From positions 15,624,001 through 15,688,000 of the forward strand of contig CM097886.1 of the NCBI GenBank assembly GCA_044892525.1: a stretch of DNA of 64,000 nt, given 5' to 3'. The position numbers and the translations under genes are program-made. Below the pieces are notes generated by a model. That model saw only the letters and a program-made list of their open reading frames with translations, searched no databases and was not told where the DNA came from. This stretch comes from Schmidtea polychroa. Taxonomy: Eukaryota. Below, in pieces: positions 1 to 12,795 of the stretch; position 1 is the first letter of the stretch, and the number at the start of each line of letters is the position of its first letter.

Positions 1-455
1 GCACTGTAGGCTGCTTATGGACCTTCTTGTTCCAAATGTAGGCCAAGTGAAATAGAATGGTTTGCACCTCTGAACAACTGAGATAAGGCAACATCAGTTT
101 CAATTCATCTGTCAGAGCCATTTGAGACGAGAGACACTCAAACAGAAACACTGTTGCGCGGTAGAGATTGGAATTTGAGTTTATTAATTCGTAGAATCGC
201 TAATGAGAAATGAATGAACATAAAATGAGATTTATAAAGGGTTTCGTGGAAATATGTGAAGAGAAGGAGTTTAGACATCATTTGCCTATCGATTAGTTGC
301 ATGGAGGGTTGAAAATGAACGCGTAAGCAAAGGAAAGCGTGTCTGATTTTGCGGAGATGGAAATTGATCGTATAACTTTAATTTAGGCTTCGCAACTTTT
401 TGAGCTTCATTATTTGATATTTTATAATTTCTTATTAAATAATTTGATTTAAACT

Positions 456-924
456 CACAGCCGGCTCAGAGGTCGGGACTTCGGGGATTTTCCGGAGGCC
501 CCACGCTTTCATATTTCTAACAATTATTAGTAGCTAGGCCAAGTTTTTGACATCAAATGCAACGTTTTTATATGTCGGATGTTAATGTAGGTCTTTCCCT
601 GCATTAACATAATCATTAAGCAGTTTTTCCAAATTAAAGTTAATTAAAAATTACCATGCAACAAGATAGGTTAGAGGGGGTGGCTATGTTGTCAATAGAG
701 CAGGAAGTAACAAAACAGATACATTTTGATGTATTTTTTCGAGGAATTAGCAGTAATAAAAAGTTAATACGAAATAAGAATAAAAATAATTATGTTTATG
801 TATTGATATTATTGAATAAATAAATATTTCATAAATAAATTGATAAAACTATGTCCATGTATCATTTCTTCTTTAGAGAATATAATATTTTCACGAGGCC
901 CCGCTAATCACTCAACCGGCCCTG
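456..924 (+). mobile_element. Non-autonomous hAT deletion derivative carrying a remnant of the transposase C-terminal dimerisation domain
   Basis: Termini CACAGCCGG (456) and CCGGCCCTG (924) are imperfect TIRs. Flanking 8-mers TTTAAACT/TTTACACC match 6/8. 619-740 translates, with a frameshift, as SFSKLKLIKNY..MQQDRLEGVAMLSIEQE, the hATC motif. Confidence 0.75.
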
Positions 925-925
925 T

Positions 926-1171
926 TTACACCCATCCCTCGCTTAACACGTTAGATAAGTTCTGTTGAATTACCGTGTAAAGCGAGACTAAAAATGTATG
1001 GAAAATATGGGATATGTTTGTTTTTCTTCTAAATGAGACTCGTTTTATCAGCATTAAAATTTTATTTTTTTTTCTTAAGCAATAAATGGGTGTATTTAGG
1101 ATTATATATATTATAAGATAACGCCAATCAAACATTCTTTTCACGATATATTTCGACAGTTTTCCTGTCAT
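926..1171 (-). CDS. Possible terminal exon(s) of the INTS5 gene
   Basis: GC-richer open frame downstream of the last resolved INTS5 exon, same strand; splice path not resolved. Confidence 0.3.
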   Translation of the reverse strand: MTGKLSKYIVKRMFDWRYLIIYIILNTPIYCLRKKNKILMLIKRVSFRRKTNISHIFHTFLVSLYTVIQQNLSNVLSEGWV

Positions 1172-1866
1172 CTTCAGGTGGGATATAATAACTATGTAAA
1201 TTAAGGATTTTAAACAATTTTATTAATTATATAAAAAAATTTATTTAATAAGAATATTTCATTATTTTTTAAAAATTATAATTAAAATTACATATTATTT
1301 TTAAATTATAGCATTTATAATTTAATTTAATTATTTAAAATTTTTTTTATTAATTATTTAATTCAAAAAACAACAATCAATACATACAATATACAAAAAA
1401 TTATATAAAAACATTTATGAGATAATATATGTTGAAAAAATTTAACTTAATATTTTACTAACAAATTATAAGTAAAATATAGTTAGATTTTATTTTTAGG
1501 TTTTGCCATGTTTATCAGCTTCCCTTGACATTATTTTATAAATTAGATCAATAATTTCCTTTATTGTTTTATAGTGAGTATAAATATTTCAATTTCTTTT
1601 AAAGGAAAGATAACTTTTTATATACTTTTAAAACAATTAATAATTGAATTAAAATTTGTGCTATTGATTGATGCCATTTTCTGATTTGTCGAAACATATT
1701 TTATACATATAATTTTAATCAATTTATTTTTAATTTTAAAAATCTATTGATTTTATTATTTTAAAATATTTTATATTAAATTTAAATTTTTAAAAAATTT
1801 ATAAATATCTAAAATAAATACTGAAAAATAATTTAATTATTTTCAAAAATTTTTAATAATAATTAC

Positions 1867-4800
1867 TTGTTTATGAAGGATAATCGGATCCTGACTATCA
1901 CTGATAAATATTTCACTATCGGGAACGTTGCGAATCAGCCTCTTTCTAGGACAATCAGACGTGGACCAGAGATGTTGACAAGCTGACATTAATGCATCCA
2001 GAGTTTGATAAGGAGGCTGAAATGTTTGAGGTGCCTTGCGAGAGAGCATATAAAATAGACTCCAAAACAATTCCGACTGATTGAATCGTTTCCAGAACTA
2101 AATAATCGAGAAGAGATTAATATAAAAAGTAACCAAATTAGCGAGCAAAGATATCCAGAAAATCAATGATAAATATATTACGATTGTTATATAGTTGAGA
2201 TCCTTCGGTATCGTATTGAGATCTGCGTTGATGAGAAGATAATACGACGGACTAAGACACTGTCGAACTACCCATTGGATTACTTGATAAGCTGAAGTGG
2301 AATTCATATCGTTTTGCCGATGAAAATGACACAATGTCATTATGAGGACTTCCCAGTGTTTCTCTTGGATGGGGCTGTATCGATTTCTAACAATCGGGGA
2401 TTTATTAGTGTTATTCAATCGCCCAGTTTTCGAATCGGTTGGGGGATAATCATGCACCAGTTTACCGTTGAACCAACCGGGTTTTAGGGTTTTCTTGAAC
2501 ACGAATCGGTTGTTGGTATCGATCTGGGTAAAGATAACATCAATCAATATTGATTCCGTTAGAAAGTATTGATATATATACCCATGAGGATCGAAGGTAT
2601 TCTCGGAAAATGATCTGTACAGCAGAAACGGTGTGTCTGGAATCAGTCGTGCGCAGGAAGTTTACGAGAAAATCCGTAAGACGTCGGATAAGAATGGCAG
2701 AAGACGAACTTTTATCGTTTAGAGATTCTATTAAAATTGACAGCATAACGGAGATGCATCGTACGATTCTACAAGATACGAAAATCGGCCACGATTTAAA
2801 TCTCGTATCGGTTTTGCACAGATACGGTGATGATATCGGCACGGAATATTTCTCGTCGCTCAATACATCGATTTTAGAGAGAATAGAAATGGAAATTTTG
2901 ATGATGGGCAATGATTTGTTGGTCACGACGAGTAACAGCAGCAAATCGAGATTGGAATTTATTGCTCTAGCTAATCGTCGGCGTTGAGATTGCATACGAG
3001 CCTCGTAGACGATCATAGAATAAAGCGTCGACAAAAAGCGCATTTGACGTGCATGTTGATATGATTGTGCGACGCACAAACTGCGCGTTATCACTTCTTC
3101 CAGTATATTATGGCTAACAGACTCAAATTCGTCAACCAATCGAAAAAAGAGAACAAGTGCCTTTTTATGACCACTTACTTCGGTAGGAGTTTGAGGGTCG
3201 TTTGTTACAATAGTCACTGATAATATAATAATATTAATAAAATAATAATTAATATACAAATAATAAAATAGTAATATAAAAATATTTATAATATAATAAT
3301 ATTAATAAAAGAATAAATAAATAAAATAATGATTAATATAAAAATAATAAATTAATAATATTAAAAAATAAATAAATAAATAAATAATAATAAATAATAT
3401 TGATGATAATAATAAAATATTAATATAAAAATATTAATAAAAGAATAAATAAAAAAATAATAATATTAATATAATAATATTAAAAAAAATAAATAATAAA
3501 ATAATAATATTTATAATATAATAATATTAATAAAAGAATAAATAAATAAAATAATGATTAATATACAAATAATAAAATAATATAATAATATTAAAAAATA
3601 AATAAATAAAAAAATAATAATAAATAATATTGATGATAATAATAAAATAGTAATATAATAATATAATTAAAAAAAATAAAAAAATAATAATAAATAATAT
3701 TGATGATAATAATAAAATATTAATATAAAAATATTAATAAAAGAATAAATAAAAAAATAATAATATTAATATAATAATATTAAAAAAAATAAATAATAAA
3801 ATAATAATAAATAATTTTGATGATAATAATAAAATAGTAATATAATAATATTTATAATATAATAATATTAATAAAAGAATAAATAAATAAAATAATGATT
3901 AATATACAAATAATAAAATAATAATATAATAATATTAAAAAATAAATAAATAAATAAAAAAATAATAATAAATAATATTGATGATAATAATAAAATAGTA
4001 ATATAATAATATAATTAAAAAAAATAAAAAAATAATAATAAATAATATTGATGATAATAATAAAATAGTAATATAAAAATATTAATAATATTAATACAAA
4101 TAATAAAAAAGTAATAATAATAATGAATAATAAAAATAATAATAAAATTAATAATATTAAAGGATTGAAAATTTTGGGAAAATTTCTGATTTAACTTATT
4201 ACATATTTATCACAAAATAAGAGAAAAATAATATTAGATAAATAATAACAAAAAATGAAAAACGAAAAAGAGCAAGCAATGATGAAGAAACGAAAAAGAA
4301 TAAATATAGCGATTAAAAATACATTGCTATCATGAATTTTTAATGAATATGTAAGTTTCCTTATTTATTTGAACCCTTGCATTCCAAAAAACAATTTTGT
4401 TTATTTACATTTAATTTCTGGTATTAATTCAGTAATTTATTTTAAAATTTAATACGAAGACTCATAAAGTATTGAGTCGAAATTTGCTCTGAAAAAATAA
4501 CATTGAAATAAAGGAGATTAAAAAATAATGTGTTAACACAAATATACAATTGACTTTTATATTTTTAAATGGGGCACTAAATATATTAACCGTATAAAAG
4601 CAAAATTCACCATAGTTTTGAGTTATTGTTTTGAGTTATAATAATTATTATTATTATTATTATTATTGATTAAGTAATAAAACTAACAAAGCAAATCGTC
4701 TCCTATCGATTTGAAATCATTGAGAACAAGACATGAGAGCAGCTTAGACGCTACACATGACCCATCCTTAACTACTTTCTGGATCCAGAATTCCAGATGT

Positions 4801-7800
4801 TGCATGACGTAATTCAAAATAGCGAGTGCCATCGTGCGATTGTTAGAGGGTTTAGAAAGCCCAGCTGAATGACATTGTATTAGCAACTTTACGGACACAT
4901 TGGCTATGATGTTCATGCACATCTGACTGAAGTTAGAGCTGCAACAAGTCACGCCAGCCCGACCAGTGATTGTCGAGTGGGTGTGGTGAATCATAAACTC
5001 GAGGACGCGGCCTATCTCAAGATCTAACAGAGACAGTAAAGATGTTGTTCAGTCTATAGGAAATCAATTCAATATACCATGGGAATTCAGCAGGATATTT
5101 AGCGTCATGTGGTAATAACTGCGCAAAATATTGTCTCCGAAATTCTGATGTAAGAAAAACTGTTCGAGCTGTTTCGGTGTGAATTGACAGATGATGCGCC
5201 CAATCATCGAAATTGAGGCATTGGTCAGCTCGAAAACGTCACTCCGGGACGCTAGAAGCAGAGTAAAGTATATTAAAGTCTGGTAGTTGACTATTTTTTG
5301 TTTTGGGACATTTTCAAATGAGCCTTCGATGGCAGCCTTTAATTTTTTATACAAAGCTGATTGTAACTGTCGTGCATGGTGGGCACCGAGGCTACTCAAC
5401 ACAACCATGCAGGATTGAAGCTATTGGGCGACTCAGTAAAAATTTAACCAAAAAAACAACTCATTTTACTTTCTCATATTCCTGGGTCGGAATAAACTCG
5501 CTGAGGATGCAATCGATTATCTTGTCAACTATTCCACTAGGATGTCTTTCCCCGATGAATTTGATCACCCATAGCAAATGGTTTCGATGTTGGGCAACAT
5601 TTTTCATTATGATCGACACAGTTTCATGTCCAACCATTTTACTCTATTTCAATCGATTAATACAATAAAACACTGTTGATAACCCATAAATAAGAATATC
5701 TTAGAACTATTTCAATGAAATTGGATTTCAACAAACCTACAAATACGAAGTTTGACAGGTAGAAATAAGGGTCCCTTTCTATTCCTTCTAATTTTGAAAA
5801 TGAGACATGTACAACCTGAGATCAATATGGATGGTAACGAGTTGAAAGTTGAAATGAATATATCTCAACTTACCAACCAATTACTATCCAAATGATTTTG
5901 GGTAATTTGAAACTAATCGGTAAAATAAAGAACCTAAATAGATGGATTCCACATGAATGGCATTGAAGCTTACCTTTCTTCGTTGTTACAAAATAAAAAC
6001 GAACTATATCTATCCTGTGATGAACATGAATTATTTTCGACAATTGCAAGCGTACGGTACAATGATTAAATACAGATGAAGTAATGAAATACAATAGGAA
6101 TCCGAATATTCATGAAAATAGCAATTGTTGTTTATTTGGTGTTATCAATTACATTTTCTGGAAATAGAATGAAGCGGGTGTTTTTAACAGCGAATAGGAA
6201 GAGATTATGAAGAAATTTGTTAACAGAAATTAACTAATCCTCTTTTAAAGCAACACACAACGTTGATGCAAAAATAGAAATTAAACTTGAAAACCTCATT
6301 AATTTGCACTAGCTGTAGGAAAAATCAATTCTCAACAAATTGGGCAAAACCCTTGCCACTTGCACTTTAGCGAATCGTTAAGATGGCAAAACTATACTGA
6401 TAGTCTAAGCCAGGATTTGTCAAAGTATGTTCCGCGGAGCCCTGGGGATCCGCAGCTCAAAAAGTTTGAGATCCGCTGTTTTAACCAATCAGCGTGGAGG
6501 CGTTTATTTTATACTAAAAAATACATTTAAAAATTATTAAAATCTATTATTTTTAGTTGTGTGATATGAGGATTTATCAGCAGTCAACAAAAAAATAACT
6601 CATTTTATACTCAAAATACACCGAGAATATGGAAAACCCGTTTTAGTGGGGTGTTAATTTTTCATCATTTAAATGATATTCTTGTCCTACACAGTTTTTC
6701 AGTAGATTGAATGAAATATAAACTTGAATATTTTGATTTTACTTTTTGGGACGAAGTCAAGGGGGAAATCAATTTGAAATGCACCATTTTATACTGTATA
6801 TGAGACGTTTTTTATAAAATTTGATGAGTGATTTCAAACTGGAGTTTAAATATGAAGTGAGGATAATTTGTGTTAAATGGAAGCTTTGAAAAGTAGTATG
6901 ATAATCAAAGTGTACACTTATACCAGCGGTTCTCAACCTTTCAGCTGCGGAGCCCTTAGAGTTAGCTCGCGAATTCCCAGAGCTCCGCGGAGCACACTTT
7001 GAGAAACCCTGGGTTAGGATGTTCATTTTTAAGAAATTGTAAATCTTCCTTTGAAATCCAAATTTTCTTTATTTTTGTTCTGTCCATTATTATACTTTAA
7101 ATACCATTTTCTATCATTTTACTGAAATTGAGAGCATAATATTTATTTTGACAATATTCATAGGTGAATTATGTGGGGAGGTGTGGGGGGGGGGGGGTAA
7201 AATTAAATTGTGTAAAAACACGAATAGATAAATATTCTACTCAATATACTTTCTATCTAATTTGACCAGAAAATATTAAATTTAAATTACTTTCGAAATC
7301 AATCCAAGATTAGTATGTTTAAAATAAAAATTCAGTTTAATTAACATTAATTCAAAAATGAAATTAACAGAAAATTTTTACTAACTATGTAAATAAATTT
7401 AATAAATATCTATACAATTTAATTTTCACTTACTTTAAGAGTTTTACATAAAATATCCAAAAGATTTATAATAACTGGTACTTGAGTCCATTTTAATTTA
7501 TCACTGACGGACAAGGTTTCATTAAATGCCAAAATTTGATCATATTTCATTGTTATTTTGGCAAGGACTTGTAATACCCATTGACATGCATAAACAACAA
7601 ATCCATAGCCTGAGTAATGAGAAACTTTAGTATTAACTGCTGTTAGCACATAATCATTTGATTCAAATTCTTTATCGAGAATGATATTTACCTATACAAG
7701 ATTTTAATTATTATCTTAAGTATAAAAAATAACTTCGTTTGTCAATGATGTTATAATTTCTTCTAATTCATTTGTATAGTTATTCCGTTGGTGAATATAA

Positions 7801-7970
7801 GACCCAACATATTTATCTACGATAATATCACAAAAAATATCTAATAGAGCAGGTCTAGAAGGTGGGAAAAGATGAAAAGCTTCAGATATCGTATCTTTAT
7901 GCTTAACAATATCATGTTGAAGGGAAACTATGTTCACTAATTTTTTCCAAGATAATTCTACAGAAGTCAT
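1867..7970 (-). CDS. INTS5: Integrator complex subunit 5-like alpha-helical protein, multi-exon; 3' terminal exon(s) below 1867 unresolved
   Basis: Phase-consistent GT-AG exons: 7970-7734, 7691-7434, 5643-5470, 5420-5078, 5023-4688, 3216-2582, 2523-2134, 2097-1867. Peptides LFPPSRPALLDIF, ACQWVLQVLAKITMKY, VSIIMKNVAQHRNHLLWVIKFIGERHPSGIVDKIIDCILSEF and SCMVVLSSLGAHHARQLQSAL follow the INTS5 N-terminal motifs (e.g. [33 protein letters not shown]) in the same order and spacing. Confidence 0.8.
3220..4160. repeat. AT-rich higher-order tandem/low-complexity repeat in an INTS5 intron
   Basis: Blocks such as AATATTGATGATAATAATAAAAT and ATATTAATAAAAGAATAAATAAA recur many times; almost no C on the + strand. 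Confidence 0.9.
6411..6478 (+). mobile_element. Mini hAT-type MITE (intronic)
   Basis: CAGGATTTGTCAAAG...TTTGAGATCCGCTG termini; homologous to the reverse complement of 6924-7011. Confidence 0.7.
6924..7011 (-). mobile_element. Mini hAT-type MITE, inverted relative to 6411-6478
   Basis: CAGCGGTTCTCAACC...TTTGAGAAACCCTG TIRs of Charlie/MER5-like type. Confidence 0.75.
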
Positions 7971-8416
7971 AACACAAAATATATTTTATTTAATTACAAT
8001 TTAATTGAATATATTAAGGTTATTTAAAAGATTTATAAATTAAAACAAAACTAAAATATATATACTCTTTTCATGAGTACTTTATTATTTAAAAATAAAA
8101 CATAATATTTTAACAAATATATTTATTATTAACTCATTTTATCTAATTTATTTCAACATAAATTTTAATTTTCAACATTGTTAATCATATAAAAATAAAA
8201 CAATATTATGGACTTTTACGATATAAATGATATTATGAAAGATTTTTAGCACAGGGGCAGTTTTTTGACAAAGAGGTACAAAATATATAATTTATGAAAA
8301 AAAGATCTTTACTTAATTACAAAAAAATTAAAATGTATTTCAATTTATTATAAATGCAATAACAATTCATTTTTATCTGTTTTCAGTTAATGGAATGTAT
8401 ATTTTTCGCATGAATG

Positions 8417-8443
8417 CAGGCGCGTACGCAGGATGAATCCATG

Positions 8444-8482
<39 letters not shown>

Positions 8483-9987
8483 GGGTATATATATTATTTA
8501 TATATATATTGTTGGGTTTTTGGTTAGTTTAAGTCGGTTCTGACTCCTCGTGTCCTTTAAATCAAAACAATAACGACCCACAATCTTTTCTCACCACTTT
8601 ATAATTAATAATCAAAGTTACGTTTGACTTATTCTCCGCTCGGCGTTGATGCTTTGTAAATAGATAATATTCACCTTTTATTCCGTTAGACTCTCTTGAC
8701 CCACGTTTTCCTCTTTTTCTGTTTGATTTGATTCTTTTTCACCTTTTCGTATTCCTATTCTATGTCTTCTTTACCCTAATCTCCTTAATTCGTTTTACCT
8801 ATTCTTAACTCGGTTTCTTCAAACCCTAGCTGAGGCAAAATGCCGATTTTTTCTGATTTTCCCTTTCCTTACATACTCCTCGAAATCGGGATAACAAATG
8901 GTTATTGCCGAGCCAATCTTTCACTTGACATTTTCTTCCACGTATCTGCTTCGGGTGTCACCCATAATGGTCCAACGAACCAAGATAATTAATGGCCCTT
9001 CCGGCCTTTCTACACGCAATATCTTCTCCTTGCTCTTTTCCAATTAATCATTGTGGCAAGCTAATGGGCCCAAATCTTCCTTCTGTTTGCTTTTCTTCTT
9101 GTTTACCCAGCTCGGGTTTCCTTCATCTCTCGGGTTCTCCACTGGCTCGGGTTTTCTATTAGCCAATTAATTAATTAATTAATTAACGTTTTCTGATTTT
9201 ACACATTTGAATGCTTTTCGACCCTTCCTAACCATTTTCTGATAAATCCCTAAACATCATCTTGTTGACCATTAGCTACTCTATACCTGTCCCGTTTTCC
9301 CTATTCGATTTCGATGATTTTACTATTTATTGATTTTTTCTCGGATTTCCAGATTCTTTCCTTTCGTAATTGCTTCTGGCATTTTCTAATACTGCTTCCA
9401 TCACACTTTCCTTTACTATTGATTCTGTGCATGATCACGCTTTTATTTGTCTTTTTTCTTCATTTACTTTTTATNNNNNNNNNNNNNNNNNNNNNNNNNN
9501 NNNNNNNNNNNNNNNNNNNNNNNNNNNNNNNNNNNNNNNNNNNNNNNNNNNNNNNNNNNNNNNNNNNNNNNNNNNNNNNNNNNNNNNNNNNNNNNNNNNN
9601 NNNNNNNNNNNNNNNNNNNNNNNNATGGGTTCAATAAGAGCCATTTTCCGAAAATTTATTTTTTTAAGAGCCGCATCTGCCCACCGTTGTAATAATAAAT
9701 TTAAATAACTATATGACTGAAATTTAAAAAAAATAATAAAAAGACATTAATTTAATTTTAATTAGTTTAAAATTTTAAAATGCTTCATAAAAAAATCTTC
9801 TTACCAAATTTTTCAAAAAACACGAATAGAAAACTATACTAAAATATACAAACGACCGCAATCGGCATTCGGAATATTACTTAAATTGTTTTAAGTTTAT
9901 ATATTTATTAATTATAGTTTTTTATATTGTTGTTGGAATCATGGGGGGGGGGGTTAAACCCACAGTAACCCCCTGCGTACGCGCATG
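8417..9987. mobile_element. Non-autonomous hAT element with a nested LTR
   Basis: TIR CAGGCGCGTACGCAGG / CCTGCGTACGCGCATG; perfect 8-bp TSD CATGAATG at 8409-8416 and 9988-9995. Confidence 0.9.
8510..9474 (-). mobile_element. LTR (probably solo), inserted in a (TA)n tract; other end lost in an N block
   Basis: TGTTGGG terminus; CTCGGG repeat cluster at 9110-9155; shares GACACGAGGAGTCAG-like and CCCGAG motifs with 41962-42769. Confidence 0.7.
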
Positions 9988-10534
9988 CATGAATGCATTT
10001 TCTTCAACCGTTCGGAATTATCTACCAAAATATTATAAAATTCATAAAAACAACTTATAATATTATATTTTAAATACACATTTTAAATTTTGAACATGCT
10101 GCGACTTACTTTTTATCTGCTGCTACATTATCTGAATTCCAAGAATTTATTTGTTAGCCAATAATATATATCTTTATATGCGATATTTACTCAAAAATAT
10201 CGTTTTCAATAATTTTAATAACATCAATTAAAAATTTCGCTTTTACTTTTTCTAAGTAATTTTGAATATCTGCCCATAAAATTGGCTTCTTTAAAGTTAT
10301 CCAATAAAATAAACCAACAACATTAAACTATTCTGTAATCTTATTGAGAGGTAAACTATACAGTTGCTATAAAAGTTATTGAATCATTGAAGCAAATATA
10401 TACTTTTACAACACCTGCTAATATAATAAATACTTTTGGAATCATAAGTGGAAAAGACTAAGCCTTAAACCTTTTCGCGATATTTAAATTTTAATTCATA
10501 AATTATTTTTTATACTTCAATAAAAAATATTATA

Positions 10535-10792
10535 TCACCTAAGATTAATTTGGCTAATGTTAAATAATGACGGTTGATTATGAATGAATTTTAGCCAAAT
10601 CTCTGACGCCTTATTTTTAAAAAATAATTCTAAAATTCTAGGACATTTATCCTTCGAAAGAAAAAGGGATTTTAACGGTTCATACGTTTTCAAAATTCTT
10701 TCAACCGTTAGTAAAAGAGTTAACCAACTTGTTTTACTAAATCCAAGTAATCTTTTATATTCAACTTCTGCAGTTTCACAAAACTCCTTCAA
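10535..10792 (-). pseudogene. hAT transposase fragment
   Basis: KTSWLTLLLTVERILKTYEPLKSLFLSKDKCP resembles the (T)RWLSL..VERIL..Y..L..YF motif of hAT transposases. Confidence 0.65.
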
Positions 10793-10936
10793 ACATTAAA
10801 CATATACTGGATATATAAAGTTTACAATAATAATGTCGTACCATCTCTAGGTCTTCCTCTAAAATTAGCATTTGTATTATTTGCACAAAAAGCTATAACA
10901 TTGTTGTTTAACTCATTTTTTTAAATATTAATAATG

Positions 10937-11801
10937 TGTTGGGGTTCAACAAGAGAGGTACGAAAATGAAGTGAAAAATCAATAAAATCGCCAAATTCAC
11001 AATATTAATTTAAAGTACAAAATATTAATTAAAAAAAATCAAAAATTAAAAATGAATATTTTCCGGGGGAAACTGGTATGGTTGAATGCCGAATAATGAG
11101 ACGAGTTCAACTACAATAAAATAAAATCAATGGGGTTCATGGAAGGAATAAATTACAAAAAACAAAAATTAATTAAAAATTAATTAACTAATGGAGAACC
11201 CGAGCTAATATAAACCTGAGACAATGGAAAACCCGAGCAATTTGAGAGAACCTGAATTATCAATCAAATTAGTAAAGGCAATTAAATTAGCCGACTAAAA
11301 TGAAATTGGAGCGAGCCGTCAAATGAGACGGGCAAATTTCTCAAAGCGAATTAGAGCTACAAGAGGAAGCCCGGAGGGAAGTTGGATCCAGACTAATTTG
11401 ACAAAGTAAAATCAATTACAAAAGGAGTATAAAAGCGACCGACAAGAAAACAGAATGGCCAGTTGGTCGAAGAAATAGAACACAAGAAGTTTAGCGAGAT
11501 TGACATAGAAAACTTTGAAGTTAGTATCAATTGAATAATTTAAATCGAACGTACCAGAAAGGGACATCTCCCGTTGGAAGATTTATCCGTGCGTAAGATT
11601 TGTAGTTGTATTGAAAAGTGCAGACCAAAAAAAGGATTGTATCAAGTGTGGTTGAATTAATAAAAAGTGTAACCAAATAAAGATTTTTGTGTTGGGTTGT
11701 TTATTTAATTTCAAAAAGAATAATTCCATCACCGACTTGCACAAAATACCCAACAAATGGATATAAAAACTATTTGAGCACTTTGACACAACAGCGAAAC
11801 A
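10937..11801 (+). mobile_element. LTR followed by a putative PBS and truncated leader
   Basis: Starts TGTTGGGG; CCCGAG repeats at 11190-11250; ends ..CAACA (11793) or ..AACA (11801), followed by AAT-TGGTGATGT (PBS-like). Confidence 0.65.
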
Positions 11802-12397
11802 AATTGGTGATGTACACAGTCGTGGAGAGTTAAGGGACAGGTGAGATTTTAGTTAAAACTACTCTCTCATATATTCTCTGAACGGGTTCGAGATAGTTGA
11901 TGGAAGGCCTTACGTCAATAACAAAGATGATAAGTCGATATGGTCACAACACGTCCAAATTGGTGGTCCTCAAAGTCTACTAGAATTATTAATTTATTTA
12001 CTAACCTTGAACAAACCCTTTCCATTAAAATGAAGATAATGATGGGTTTCAAGTTATCCACATTTTAACCGTTCGTGTCGTTTCCGACGCAACTCCAGAC
12101 TTGTTTAGCCATACGACACCCGTTGAATGATCAACGTTTGTTGTGTGTCGTATGGGTGAATACTCGCGAGAAGTGTGTGTAACTCTGTACACTATAATCG
12201 TCGAATATTCTAATGGGTTCGCGGGCTACCGATAGAAGGCCTGTACCCTACTTCAGTTAGGTACCTTCACGTTATCCCCACCAATCAGGATCGATCTTGT
12301 GTTTTTGTAATCATTTTTAATGATAATCTTTAAATTTCAAATTCCAATCATTCCATTTTATTTATTTGTTTTAATTTGTTATATTTGAATTAAACTA

Positions 12398-12795
12398 CCG
12401 TAAATACTCGCGTATAAGTCGACCCCACGTATAAGTCGAAGTGGAAATTTTAAGAGGTTTTTAAGTTCTAAATTGGAAACCCGGGTATAAGTCGAAGTAA
12501 GAAATTAAACAAAGAGATTGAAAATTTTATTGAAAAATAATGACATAAAATATTTTTAATAGGATGAATAAATTGTGATTGTTTGATTAGTCGTCAAAGC
12601 ATCATCTTCAGTTCCATCCATAGCATTACTGATGCCACATTTAAGAAATGAATATCTGATCATTTCTTCTGGGATCGATTTAAAAAAAACTTGAAAAATT
12701 AATTTAATTTTTTATTGACCCGCGTATAAGTCGAAGTGGTATTTTGACTTGAAAATTCGACGTAAATTTCTCGAGGTATACGCGAGTATATACGG
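12398..12795 (-). mobile_element. pogo/Tigger-type MITE
   Basis: TA TSDs; 19-bp TIR CCGTAAATACTCGCGTATA (18/19 match); interior minus strand encodes IPEEMIRYSFLKCGISNAMDGTEDD, the pogo transposase C-terminus. Confidence 0.9.

Noticed and set aside
2550-2987. Plus-strand ORF (similarly 5303-5668, 20712-21101, 26607-26918, 34267-34629, 50944-51186)
   Set aside because: Antisense shadows of better-supported coding frames.
8208-8416. Small plus-strand gene starting MDFYDINDIM (GINS Psf3-like start), interrupted by the hAT element
   Set aside because: Early stop or frameshift and similarity limited to a few residues; not supportable.
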